Shown: positions 16,448 through 30,118 of the stretch, piece by piece | Layout of the letters: each line of letters opens with the position of its first letter | Numbering within the stretch: position 1 is the stretch's first letter | DNA from: Octopus vulgaris | Lineage: Eukaryota | NCBI GenBank assembly: GCA_951406725.2 | Contig: OX597828.1 | Location: 72,540,001 to 72,604,000 of the forward strand | DNA: 64,000 nt | Direction of reading: 5' to 3' | Translations under genes and position numbers: made by a program | The notes under the pieces: model-generated | What the model saw: only the letters and a program-made list of their open reading frames with translations | Database searches by the model: none | What the model was told of the DNA's origin: nothing

Positions 16448-17035
16448 CCATGTATGTTTTATATATACTGATATGTTGCATAAATACATAGAAACACACA
16501 CACACAAGCACACACACACACACACACACATATATGCATGTATGAATGTAAGATATCAACGTCGCTTGCCTCCGGTGAATTTAGATCCACGAGACACATA
16601 TTTGCTTTCACATACAATCATTTGAGCATGCGCACTGACAAATGTCCGAATCTCTCTTGAACAACACACATTCGAGCATAAAATATACAAATGTAAATAT
16701 TTTTAATGGAAATTATGTTCCTACGTTGATTACGACTCGACTAATGGCACGTCTCCTCTCCTATCTTTGAAGAGCACTCCTCGATGGGAGTAAACCTCTT
16801 CAGCTATCAACAAGTATATATTCATAGGTAGACAATCAAAGACTGCCCATCTGTTCTGTTAAGGAAACCACGAGACGGCTTGGCTTCTGCACGTATTTAT
16901 ATACGCACGCTCAAAGTTACACCCCTACTCATCTACACGTGTGTGTGTGTATGTGTAAAATACATATATTCGTATTTATATATTTACATATAAGCACACG
17001 CAAATACACACATAATACATACATGCATATATAAA

Positions 17036-17066
<31 letters not shown>

Positions 17067-17127
17067 GAATATAGAGAAATAAGAAATAGCTTGTTGTGTG
17101 ACCGCACACACGTACGCACACTCATTC

Positions 17128-17227
<100 letters not shown>

Positions 17228-17232
17228 GTATG

Positions 17233-17311
<79 letters not shown>

Positions 17312-17942
17312 TAACATCTATGTGCGTGTGTATCTGTAGCGTTTAGAACATGAAGCAAGTTTATTTCCTCTTTGTATTTATGTTTCTACGTATGTACGTG
17401 TATGCGTCTGTGCGCGCATGTATGTGCATGCATGTATGCACGTACGCATATATGTATGTATGTAGGTGTATGTCAAACTGTGTATGAATGCGCGTGTTTG
17501 TATGCGTGTGTATATATATATATATATTAGACTACGTGTTAACACCTGCGTAACTAATGATTACTAACGCAGTTCACAGCTGTTCAATAAATTCGATCTG
17601 CAGGAAAAGTTTGCTCAATGAACAACAAAGGACACGATTCTCACACAAGATTAAGGAACTACGAAGCTAAAACAAAGCCAAGATTGTCGTCATTTATCAA
17701 GATATAGGAAAGAAAGAAGCACGTTGAGAAAACACTCCTCACTTCAGCGAAACATTTTTGCATCCATTCAATTGCTGAGTTTCACGCACCTATATTTATA
17801 TATAAGTAGTATTAAACGTACACGGAGTCAACGTCCACAGGGTTTTAAATAAGGTACGTACGCATGCATACATGCGCTCACGCACGTATAAATATGTTTA
17901 CACATATATACATACATATATATGTAAATATGACTATTTTTA

Positions 17943-18300
17943 TCTCTTATATAAAATCCCTTCTGTGTGTGTGTGTGTGTGTGGCTTCTAGGATCTCGGG
18001 CATCCTCCATCCGATTACGTTCAAATTTGATATGTAGATACCGACGGTATCGGGGCGTGTACAAGTCTTGAAAAAATTACAAAAATCGATTCCATGTGAG
18101 AATGCGATCGATAAAGCCGCGGGAAACTGTTTTTCTTCGGAATAGAAAAAAAGTCTATCTTTATTTCTTCTTTTGCTGGTGTCTCAAATTTAGGTTAAAT
18201 CAGTGTTTCCCAAATGGGACGGTCGGACAAGTTGTTTTGAGCAAATTTGGTTTAAAAGTTTGACAACTCAGCACCGTTCATTGGACGGAGGCGTTTTGTT
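17943..18300 (+). mobile_element. possible 5' fragment of a non-autonomous Helitron-like element
   Basis: Begins TCTCTTATATAAAA after an A, then a (TG)n tract and CCGATT..TCAAATTTG, as in many Helitron-N 5' ends; no 3' hairpin or CTAG seen. Confidence 0.4.
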
Positions 18301-18341
<41 letters not shown>

Positions 18342-18510
18342 TAATTGTTATCGCCATATTAATATGCCAGTCTTATAGATATAAGACTAAAAGCTGTCGC
18401 TGATTAACTCCATGAGGCCATCGCCTTAAGATAGCTATTTGACACACAAACTGTGTCCATTATAACCTTCGAACAAGGGAGGTCAGCCGCTTCACACTGC
18501 TAGTCAGACA

Positions 18511-18553
18511 GCTACAGACGCGTTTCAGGGTATTTACCCTTTGTCAATGTAGC
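18511..18553 (-). ncRNA. minimal hammerhead ribozyme motif, U3-A8 variant (copy 1)
   Basis: Reverse complement reads GCTACA-TTGACAA-AGGG taaata CCCT-GAAA-CGCG-TC-TGTAGC. Confidence 0.72.
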
Positions 18554-18796
18554 GTAGTCGACCCAGCAGGTGTCGCCACTGATCGTGTCTGTTCGAAGGT
18601 TTCATTTACCTAGTTTCGGTGGAATACATCCACTTGTTTCCAATAATAGAAATATTAAAATTACTAAGTCTCTCTAAAAGAGATTACGGCGGCGTTACTG
18701 GAAATTAATTGTTATCGCCATATTAATATGGCAGTCTTATAGATATAAAACCTTCGAACAGAGACGATCAGTGGCGACACCTGCTGGGTCGACTAC

Positions 18797-18839
18797 GCTA
18801 CATTGACAAAGGGCAAATACCCTGAAACGCGTCTGTAGC
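18797..18839 (+). ncRNA. minimal hammerhead ribozyme motif, U3-A8 variant (copy 2)
   Basis: GCTACA-TTGACAA-AGGG caaata CCCT-GAAA-CGCG-TC-TGTAGC: perfect 6-bp stem I, 4-bp stem II, palindromic ACGCGT stem III, GUC triplet. Confidence 0.75.
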
Positions 18840-19065
18840 TGTCTGACTAGCAGTGTGAAGCGGCTGACCTCCTTGTTCGAAGGTTATAATGGACACAGTT
18901 TGTGTGTCATATAGCTATCTTAAGGCGATGGCCTCATGGAGCTAATCAGCGACAGCTTTTAGTCTTATATCTATAAGACTGGCATATTAATATGGCGATA
19001 ACAATTAATTTCCAGTAACGCTGCCGTAATCTCTTTTAGAGAGACTTAGTAATTTTAATACTTTC

Positions 19066-19132
<67 letters not shown>

Positions 19133-19212
19133 CATACATAAAATAGTATTTGTTAAGGTTGCTCGGTCTTTTTCAATCGAACAATCCACCGATTGATTCA
19201 TATATATAAATA

Positions 19213-19375
<163 letters not shown>

Positions 19376-19394
19376 GCAAAGATAGATAGATATG

Positions 19395-20258
19395 CGAGGG
19401 GAAATCAAAAATTATTCGCACTTTCGCCATAGCATTTCTTTATTATTGTCACAATGCCTTGTACGCTTGCGTGCTTGTGGGTCACATGATCAAAGTTTGG
19501 GTCTGATCGCGCCATTTGTCTTTCTGGCTTTACACCAAAGAAGAACAAAAAGCTGTGACCCGAGAGATGGTAATGGTGAACCGGTTCACCATTGCCATCT
19601 CTCAAGCTTGCCGTCAGTGGAGAAGGTTGACGAGCGTCCTGCTGCCTCTTCGTGTATTACGCTTGTCTGGCCACCTTTACACTTCTCGACCCACTCATAC
19701 ACACTTCTACGCGGTAGTACACTGTCCCCGTATTATACTAAAAGCCCCCGGCGGTGAGCTGGCAGAAACGTTAGCACGCCGGGCGAAATGCTTAGCTGTA
19801 TTTCGTCTGCCGTTACGTTCTGAGTTCAAATTCCGCCGAGGTCGACTTTGCCTTTCATCCTTTCAGGGTCGATAAATTAAGTACCAGTTACGCACTGGGG
19901 TCGATATAATCGACTTAATCCCTTTGTCTGTCCTTCTTTGTCCCCTCTATGTTTAGGCCCTTGTGGGCAGTAAAGAAATATATACTAAAAGCCCCCGATG
20001 AATTTCAGCACCTGACACACCTTTCGACCAGAGAAATTGGAATCACTGCTCTTTGTTCTTCTTTGGTGCACATTGATGCCAATGGAGCGGCCATGCTTAC
20101 ACTGTAAAGCTAGAAAGGAAAATGGCGCGATCAGGCTCAAACTTCGACCATGTGGCCACAATAGTACCAACTATAAACACGCATGCGCAGAAAACAGTGT
20201 GACAGTGTTTAAAAGGTATGTTATGGCGAAAGTGCGCAACGTTTTTGACGCTCCCTTG
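19395..20258. mobile_element. old mariner-type non-autonomous element (MITE) with about 170-bp diverged TIRs
   Basis: Ends CGAGGGG...CCCTTG(TA); CGCACTTTCGCCATA/TATGGCGAAAGTGCG, TGATCGCGCCATTT/AAATGGCGCGATCA and CACCAAAGAAGAACAAA/TTTGTTCTTCTTTGGTG are inverted. Confidence 0.75.
19750..19980 (+). mobile_element. SINE (family A, tRNA head plus Meta-SINE-like core) with 17-bp TSD
   Basis: GGCGGTGAGCTGGCAGAA...GAGTTCAAATTCC...GCCTTTCATCCTTTCAGGGTCGATAAATTAAGTACCAG; TATACTAAAAGCCCCCG at 19734-19750 and 19981-19997. Confidence 0.92.
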
Positions 20259-20356
20259 TAATATACATGCAGACACCCCGCCCCACATCACACATCGCAC
20301 ACACATATATATACATAATTAAATGCTTTTGTCTGATCGCTGTGTGTATTTGTACG

Positions 20357-20416
<60 letters not shown>

Positions 20417-21162
20417 TAAAGGAAGAGAAAGATTGAGAAAGAAAGTGAAGTGAGAGACAATTAGAGAGGAGAAAGAGTTGGAGAGGAAGAATGAATAAAT
20501 GATTGAGAGAGAGAGAGGGGGGAAGAGAAAGAGAGAGTGTGTGTGTGTGTGTGTGTGAGGGTGATACATTTTTCTAGCTATTGTTAAGTATCTAAGTGAT
20601 TAGTGGAATATTAAAACGCAATTAATTCTTCAGATATTAACTGTGACAAAGAAAATATTCGCAGACACTGTTCGGATTAGTTGTATTTGCTGCAACCTTA
20701 CAAGAACCTGTTGCTTATGGAGACATCGCTGCCGATAAATAATCTACGATGTTTCACGATTAATCCTCAATAAGAAAAGGAAGAAAAAGAAAATAATAAT
20801 CTTCCAATTGTCTCTTTGCTGAAATTAGCAGCACTGAGAGATATTCCTTACACCTCGGGGGTCATCAATCACCAGGTAAAATAAACTGTATAACAACTAG
20901 ATGCAATCAATAGGTTGATTTTTGTCATCGAGAAGGGTCCACATATCCCCTTAGGATTAAGGTTTGACACTTAAGCTTCTTTCGCATGACCTATAACAGA
21001 AAATATGCCAGACCGTGAAATATTTGGACTTTGGAGTCGAAGCGGTGAGCGCTGTTGGTTTCCTCCTCCTTTCGTCTGTCCCTTTTTCTCTTAAAGTTAC
21101 GACTAATTCAGTGTATATTTATATATTCAAGTGCTGAATACACACACCCACACACACACAGG

Positions 21163-21565
21163 TACATACAGGAGTGGCTGTGTGGTATGTAGCTTGCTTA
21201 TCAACCACATGTTTCCGGGTTCACATGGCACCTTGGGAAAGTGTCTTCTGCTATAGCCTCGGGCTGCCCAAAGCCTTGTGAGTGGATTTGGTAGACGGAA
21301 ACTGAAAGAAGCCCGTCAAATATATGTATATGTATATATGCGTGTGCGTGTGTGCTTGTGTCTGTGTTTGCCCCCCCCCCCCCCCACATCGCTTGACAAC
21401 CGATGCTGGTGTGTTTACGTCCCCGTAATTTAGCGATTCGGCAAATAAGAGACCGATAGAATAAGTACTAGGCTTACAAAGAATAAGTCCTGGGGTCGAT
21501 TTGCTCGACTAAAAGGTGGTGCCCCAGCATGGCCGCAGTCAAATGACCGAAACAAGTAAAAGAAT
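21163..21565 (+). mobile_element. SINE (family B)
   Basis: Matches 46071-46483 along its length. Confidence 0.88.
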
Positions 21566-21567
21566 GT

Positions 21568-21599
<32 letters not shown>

Positions 21600-21616
21600 G
21601 CGCGCGCGCATATTAA

Positions 21617-22313
21617 GGCGATGAGCTGGCAGAATCGTTGGCGCCCCGTGCCAAATGCTTGCTTGCTTATTGGCATTTCGTTCGTCTTTATGTCATGAGC
21701 TCTAATTCCGCCAAGGTCGACATGGCCCTTTTATCCTTTCGGAGCCTGAAAAATAAGTAACAGCTGTGTACTGAGGTCGATGTAATCGATATACAGCCTC
21801 ACTCTAATTTGCTGGCATTGTGCCAAAATTTGGAACGCACAAACACATACACACATATATATACTTTGATATTTCACTTAGGCAAGGCGGCGAGCTGGCA
21901 GACACATTAGCACGCCGGGCGAAATGCTTAGCGGTATTTCATCCGTCTTTAAGTTCTGAGTTCAAATTCCGCCGAGGTCGACTTTACCTTTCATTCTTTC
22001 GGGGTCGATAAATTAAGTACCAGTTACACACTGGCGTCGATGTAATTGACTTACTCCCTTTGTCTGTCCTTGTTTTTCCCCTCTATGTTTAGCCCCCTGT
22101 GGGCAATAAAGAAATAAGAAACGTTAGCATACCGGGCGAAACGCTTAGTGGTATTTTGTTCGTCTTTACGTTCTGTGTTCAAATTGCGCCGAGGTCAACT
22201 TTGCCTTTCATCCTTTCGGGGTCGATACATTAAGTACCAGTTGCATACTGGAGTCGATCAAATCGACTAGCTCCGTCCCCAAAATTTCGAGCCTTGTGCC
22301 TAGAGTAGAAAAG
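21617..22313 (+). mobile_element. cluster of family A SINEs (degenerate copy plus dimeric copy from 21887)
   Basis: Repeated GAGCTGGCAGA heads and CGCCGAGGTCGAC...AGTACCAG cores. Confidence 0.85.
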
Positions 22314-22689
22314 TATATTTCACTTAGGCGTAGCGATACTAATAACCTGGTGTTAGAATTCAGAAAGGAGCGTTAACCGATTCTGTGTGTGTAATTTTAT
22401 TAAAAATCGGCAAAAGTTACCAAAGTAACTAAATGGCCGAGAGTTTTTGCATGTCACTTACCAAAGCGATGATTGCCAATTGCGAAATTCTCAGTGGTTG
22501 AGTTACTTCTCTAAATCTCCTGCGGATTATCAATTTACACATACACGCTCACGAAAATATTATTGCATGTGCAATGATATTTAACATGTTCATGTGGACT
22601 CGGATGTGGGAAGACCTTTCGCTGCGAAAATAGTCTCGGGAGAATGGACGTACGTATCTAGTATATGTATTCTTTTTTTTTACATTTCT

Positions 22690-22880
22690 TTTCACTTGTT
22701 TCAGTCATTTGACTACGGCCATGCTGGAGCACCGCCTTTTGTCGAACAAATCGACCCTAGGACTTATTCTTTGTAAGCCTAGTACTTATTCTATCGGTCT
22801 CTTTTTACCGAGACGCTAGCTGACGGGGACGTAGACACACCACCATCGGTTGTCAAGCGATGGTGAGGGAACAAATGCGC
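22690..22880 (-). mobile_element. 3' half of family B SINE
   Basis: CTTGTTTCAGTCATTTGACTACGGCCATGCTGGAGCACCGCC. Confidence 0.8.
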
Positions 22881-23331
22881 GCGCGCGCGCACACACACAC
22901 ACACACACAGACAGACAGACACACACACACACACACGCACACACACACGCACATATATATATCGCACACCAATTTGAATATGTCCATGAATATTTGAGAT
23001 AACAAAATATAATCTTGACTCTACCCCAGTCAAATATAACACCTTCATTAATATATGAATTAGATTAATCTTCTGTCGATATTTGACTTACATACACACT
23101 TCGGAAAATATTGTCCAGCCATGATAATAGTGATAATACTATTTGCTATAAACACAAGGACGAATTATAATATTATAGTCGAAGCTGTTTACTCTTGAAG
23201 GTGGTTATTCCAGTCCTCCAATGTTTATAATTGTGTGATGTATGCACAAGAGTTCAAAATTACAGGAAAATGATTTTTGAAGAATTATTACAAATCATAA
23301 CAGAAGATTGCCAAAAAGTTTTTAGTATTAT

Positions 23332-23472
23332 TTATTCACCATTACACGTGTTTCATTTGCTAATAACAATTACAGAATTGTACATGTAGGAGCAGCATGT
23401 AAGCCATATTCCATTAGAAATTCTGTTCTCCTAACTGTTATTAGCAAATGAAACACGTGTGATGGTGGATAA
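23332..23472. repeat. inverted repeat, about 37-bp arms and 65-bp spacer
   Basis: TTATTCACCATTACACGTGTTTCATTTGCTAATAACA / TGTTATTAGCAAATGAAACACGTGTGATGGTGGATAA. Confidence 0.85.
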
Positions 23473-23507
23473 ATGATACACGAAAATTCTTTCCCAACCT
23501 CCTGCTT

Positions 23508-23582
<75 letters not shown>

Positions 23583-23659
23583 GTATGTATGTATGTATGT
23601 ATACACACACTTATATATGCATATGCATGCATATACAGACACACAAATACGAACGTATA

Positions 23660-23690
<31 letters not shown>

Positions 23691-24530
23691 TTGTATATGC
23701 TCACATACACACATACGCTCACAAACTTAGCACATGTATATCATACATGCATATTCACATACACACACACACACACATACATATGTATATGCACTCGCAC
23801 ATACATATCTATACGGGTATGTGTTTAGTAGAGTTATTAAAGTATAAAATTCTAAGATATATGTACGGGTTCAAATATCGCGTACGTACAAATACGTACA
23901 AATACGAATATTTATCTATATACATGCACACATAAACGCACGCACACACACACACACACACACACTCACACATACACACATATACTCACACACATATAAT
24001 TGTACCATGTACATGTTCACACACACACACACAAGTACATACGCACACGCACGCATATATGTACTTAAGTCTGTATGTGTGTGTATGCTGTGTTAATTAT
24101 ATAAGATCTTCGTTTGTTGTTTCTGTCAAGTCAGAAGCAGCCAAAGTAATAAATAACAGCGGACAAAGCCTGCTATATCCTGCTATCAAAATCGCTTACC
24201 CTAACTGTGAGACTGTTCTTAGACAATATTAAAGTTTTTAAGCTAAACACTCAACAAAATAAATGTCTTTCTTTATATCTCCCGTTGAATGACCCAGTTC
24301 TTTTTTTTTTTGTCATGGCAAAACCACCGTCCGACGTCAGCAAACTGTCGCCTGTATGTATGTATGTATGTATGTACGTATGTACGTATGTATGTATGTA
24401 TGTATGTACGTATGTATGTATGTATGCATGTATGTAAGTATGTATGTATAACGTATGTATTTATGTATATATACATAAATATATAAATATATTTGCATAT
24501 ATGCATATATGTGTGTGTATGTGTATATAT

Positions 24531-24572
<42 letters not shown>

Positions 24573-24599
24573 GCTTATACGCATATGAATATATGTCTA

Positions 24600-24838
<239 letters not shown>

Positions 24839-25055
24839 TTAAATGTGCGTGAATGTATGCATATATATATATATGTATATTTATGTATGTATATATGGGC
24901 ATATATATATTTGTATATATGTACATACATACAAACACACTGACACACACACTGACACACACACACATATATATATATATATCCATATACGTATATCTAT
25001 GTATCTCTCTCTATATACATATATGTGCGTGTGTCGTCTGTCAGTGTGTTTGCAT

Positions 25056-25096
<41 letters not shown>

Positions 25097-25776
25097 TGTA
25101 ATCCCTTCTTGAGTCATTCCAACAATCATGACTCATCTACACAGAATTCCACCCCCAGGACCCTTCTCCCTACTCTCACTACCACCACCACCACTACTAC
25201 TACTACCACTAATACTACTAACGACCACTAAACAGCACCGAGAGATTAGTAAGTTCGCGGGTTCGACCCTGTTTCCCTAATCCTACACTAAGCTTTATCG
25301 TGCAATTCGTGGAATATTTCGTAATGTCAATTTATCTTCCAAATGTGTAATTTTTATTTCTTCCATCAAGGCCTTCATTTATTTATTCATTATTTTATTT
25401 GTTTGCTTGCTTGTTTATATATTTTAAAATAAAAAAGAAACAATAACAAAAGACCCCTACACAAACACTAAATATGAATACACGAAGTGTTCAGGTATGT
25501 AGCAGGTTGAAATCTCTTAATATCACCTGGGAAGAGGTGACCCGTAAGGTTAAGACTTTAAACTGAGTATTTAAGATTGATACCTGCGCAGAGAAAGTGT
25601 AAATTGTAAGGATATAGGCAGAAAGGTAGCCATGCACTAAGAAACTTGCTTCGCAAACACGTGGTTCCAGGTTCAATCTCAGCCCGTACCACCGTGGACA
25701 TGTGTCTTCTACTTTTCTCTTGGGCCAACTAAAGTTTTGTGAGTGGATTGGTGGCGGAAACTGTAAGAAACTCGTC

Positions 25777-25813
<37 letters not shown>

Positions 25814-26842
25814 CCTGCTCGCTTAGCCAGCGGGGTGGCGTCATTCGAAGGCTAAAACAAAGCGAACGCATTGTGACCAGCGATGTTGGGGGTATTTACG
25901 TCGCCGTAACCTAGCGTTTTGGCATGAGACCGATTGAATAGGAACAGGTCATAAAAATAGATGTACTGGGATCGATTAAGAACTCTTCGAGGCGGTGCCC
26001 CAGCATGGCCACAATCGTATGAATGAAACAAGTAAAAGATAAAAAGACATAAAAACCTTTTTATGTGCTGTGTTCGAATCTGGTTGAAGTAAAGTTTATT
26101 CTTTTTTTCTTTTGGGTTCGAGGACATCATCAGTGTCAAGGATAGTAAGACTCAATGTAATCAGTTCTCTGGTCTTCCGTCGGTGACGACAACGAATGCT
26201 CCTCTTGATTCGATCAACCAAACAGCTTGCTCGTGAAATTGGCTAAGCAAACGTGCAAGTGGCTAAGCACTCCACAGACACACGTGCCGCCCTTAACATA
26301 GTTCTCGGGGAGATATAGCGTGATACAGAATGTGATAAGGCTGGCCCTTCGAATTACAGATACAACTCATTCTTGCTACATGAGTGAACTGGCGCAACGT
26401 GAAGTAAAGTGTTTCGCTCAAGGAGATAACGCGCCGCCGGGTATCGAACTAACAACCTAACGATCGCCAGTCGTATACCCTGACCACTAAGCCAAATTGA
26501 GTCGTGATGTTACTCTAAAAGAAGCGACAAGACAAAATCCTATATGTTTGGGATATTTGATAAAATGCTTAGTGTAAGGTGGAAGCATAAAAGCCACAAC
26601 ATCAAATTTACACGAGTTAAATTATAAGCTGTTGGGGACTGACCCCTATCCCTTCGAATTTGCTAGCCTAAGTCAGAAAATAAAAGTGTAGGGAGCTGGC
26701 AGAACCGTTGGAATATTCCTTCATAGCTTCGAAGACAACGAAATGAGATACAGATATAAAATGAAGTGACAGTCCCATGAAAGGGAAGAATGTTACTGTT
26801 AGCCCTATGAAACACCGTTTCCTGTTGAACTTGATACATTTC

Positions 26843-27257
26843 CCAAGGCCTGCAATTTTGTGGGAGGGGGTCCAGTCGATTAGATCAACACCAGTACACA
26901 ACTGGTACCTATTTTATCTATCCTGAAAGGATGAAAGGCAAAGTCGACCTAGGCGGAATTTGAACTCAGAACGTAAAGACAGACGAAATACAGCTAAGCA
27001 TTTCACCCGGCGTGCTAACAATACTTATTTCTTTACTACCCACAAGGGGTTAAACACGGAGGGGACAAACAAGGACAGACAAACGGATTAAGTCGATTAT
27101 ATCGACCCCAGTGCGTAACTGGTACTTATTTAATCGACCCTGAAAGGGTGAAAGGCTAAGTCGACCTCGGCGTAATTTGAACTCAGAACGTAGCGGCAGA
27201 CGAAATACTGCTAAGCATTTCACCCGGCGTGCTAACAATACTGCCAGCTCGCTCCCT
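26843..27257 (-). mobile_element. dimeric SINE (family A)
   Basis: Two tandem cores AAGTCGACCT.GGCG.AATTTGAACTCAGAACGT. Confidence 0.88.
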
Positions 27258-27655
27258 TCAGATACGAAATAACATCAAAAAGTTATTCTAATTTGAAATC
27301 CAACTTTTATCAAAACGTCTGCTAAAGGCACCAAGATATTTCACCGTTTCCCCAAGAATGCTTCTGTGAGTGCAAAAGTTCAGACGCGACTTTCTACAAC
27401 TGCTTTGCACATAAATAGTAATTCTATAAACCTGCTGTGAATGAAATGTCTTAGGAATAGAATTAACATGATTGAGACAATAACACGTGTTTAGTCTTTG
27501 GATAATTCTTAGACAGAAACATGTCGTTAGGTTACAATGAAAGGATTTTCGATTATTGATCACACATCTTCGTTTATATACACAGAGAAATATTGATTTA
27601 GTTAATTGGTTAATCATATACTTCAGTAGTCCGTTGCAGTGTATATGTGTGGTGT

Positions 27656-27696
<41 letters not shown>

Positions 27697-27788
27697 TGTA
27701 TGTGTGTTATTTATACAAGAAGGAGAGAAGAATGCAAATTTCGTATAGATTTTAGATAAAGGAAAATATATGAATTTATCATTTACAC

Positions 27789-27861
<73 letters not shown>

Positions 27862-27865
27862 CTCA

Positions 27866-27934
<69 letters not shown>

Positions 27935-28511
27935 CACACACACGAACACAAACATTCTCTCTATATATACACACACACAAATGAACACACACATATACAT
28001 GCATACATGCATACATACATACGTACCTATATATTTAGATACGAGCATACGTGCATACGGACACACATATATGCACATACACAGAGGCACGTGTATAAAA
28101 GCATATATGACATATATGTATGTTCCTGTTTCGAAGTGGAGATAATTTTAATGAATCTAGAATTAATATTTTATGTTATTTAATATATCTTTATTTGTCT
28201 TTGTCAGTCAAATACAAACCATTGACTATTCTGAGACATTTATCTTATTTAATTTTCAGGTCTATGGGTTTTTTTCAAGGATGGAATATATACGACACAG
28301 AATCCGGGAAATCTGCTGACGAAAGTACGACTCGGGGACAGCTTTTGACCCTTTCATTCACACCCACCCACACACACACAGGAGGCAGGTTTAGCTTACA
28401 TATTATCATATGAAGTGTACATGTGAAGCAAGTCTAGATTATCTGGTGGCTGTGGCGGTGGTGGTGGTGTGTGCGTGTGCGCTGACAATGTAGTAATATT
28501 TCTAAGGGATA

Positions 28512-28565
<54 letters not shown>

Positions 28566-28629
28566 TCATATATAACATATATTTATATATAATATATAAT
28601 TTTATATATATATACACACATATATATAA

Positions 28630-28685
<56 letters not shown>

Positions 28686-28830
28686 CGGAGCAGGACAAGT
28701 ATTGCAAGCACTTTGCTAGGAGACCACGTGTTATATATGTTTTGTTCTCATCGCTATTTGCATCACACGACACTGCTGGCACTCATCATTATAATCCAGA
28801 AAGTGTAAAACAAGACAACCATGACCACTG

Positions 28831-28992
<162 letters not shown>

Positions 28993-29164
28993 ATTCTTTT
29001 ATTCTCTCATTCTTTTATTTGTTTCAGCCAATTGATTGCGGCCATGCTGGAGAACTGCCTGTAGTCGAACCCAGAACTTATTCTTTGTACTTATGTCTGT
29101 ATGTGTGTGTATGTATGTGTGTGTAAACACACCAGCATCGGTTGTCAAGCGATGTTGGGGGTGA

Positions 29165-29222
<58 letters not shown>

Positions 29223-29381
29223 ACGGGCTTCTTTCAGTATCCGTCTACCGAACTCACTCACAAGGCTTTGGTCGGTCCGAGGCTATAGTAGAAGACACTT
29301 GCCCAAGGTGTCACACAGTGGGACTGAACCCAGGACCATGTGGTTGGTAAGCAAGCTACTTACCACACAGACACTCCTACG

Positions 29382-29384
<3 letters not shown>
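28993..29384 (-). mobile_element. SINE (family B)
   Basis: Reverse complement of family B head and tail with internal (CA)n. Confidence 0.87.
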
Positions 29385-29441
<57 letters not shown>

Positions 29442-30118
29442 CATATATATATATATGTAGATACACGTGCGCGCGCGCACACACACACACATACTCAAAT
29501 GTAATGACTGTATATAAAAATTCATAGACTACTGTTCATAGACTGCTATATAAAGTCTATGTAGAGAAAGCTATATAGGTGTATATATATATATATATAT
29601 ATATATATGTAGACTTCTAATAAAAAAATCTGTATATTGACTGCTGCACAGAATCTGTAAATAGATGGACTGCCATATATATATGCAAGTCTAAATAAAC
29701 GCTGTTATATAGAGTTTATATCCAGACAGTTACACAAATCCGTATGTAGGGTGCTATGCAAAAGTTATGCATAGCCTGCTACATGACTTCTATTGAATCT
29801 CTCTATAGAAGCTATAGAGCTGTTGTACCTGCTAGAAGCAGCAGCTAAATCTCGTCTCATATCCCAAATTTTCGTCTTAGAACAAGCACTTAAATACGTT
29901 AGATAATGTAGTCCAAGATAACCCTTGGCAAGTCGAGATGGTCATGGCTGGGAAACATCTGCTGATACGTCAACTTCGTGAGGGTTGACCTGAGGCTAAA
30001 CAACTCGGGTCATTGCATTACGGGAACATACTCGATAAGAAGTATGCTAGGAGTTACTTCCCTTGAGTCAGTGAGGGTTTACTTTATTTATTAATATAAC
30101 GTGAAAGGAAGGCTGAGA

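Larger units (their letters stand above)
18338..19060. mobile_element. fold-back element resembling inverted Penelope pseudo-LTRs, with two hammerhead motifs, in (TA)n
   Basis: 18338-18602 is the reverse complement of about 18748-19011; 18651-18747 is the reverse complement of about 18965-19060; very few mismatches. Confidence 0.85.
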
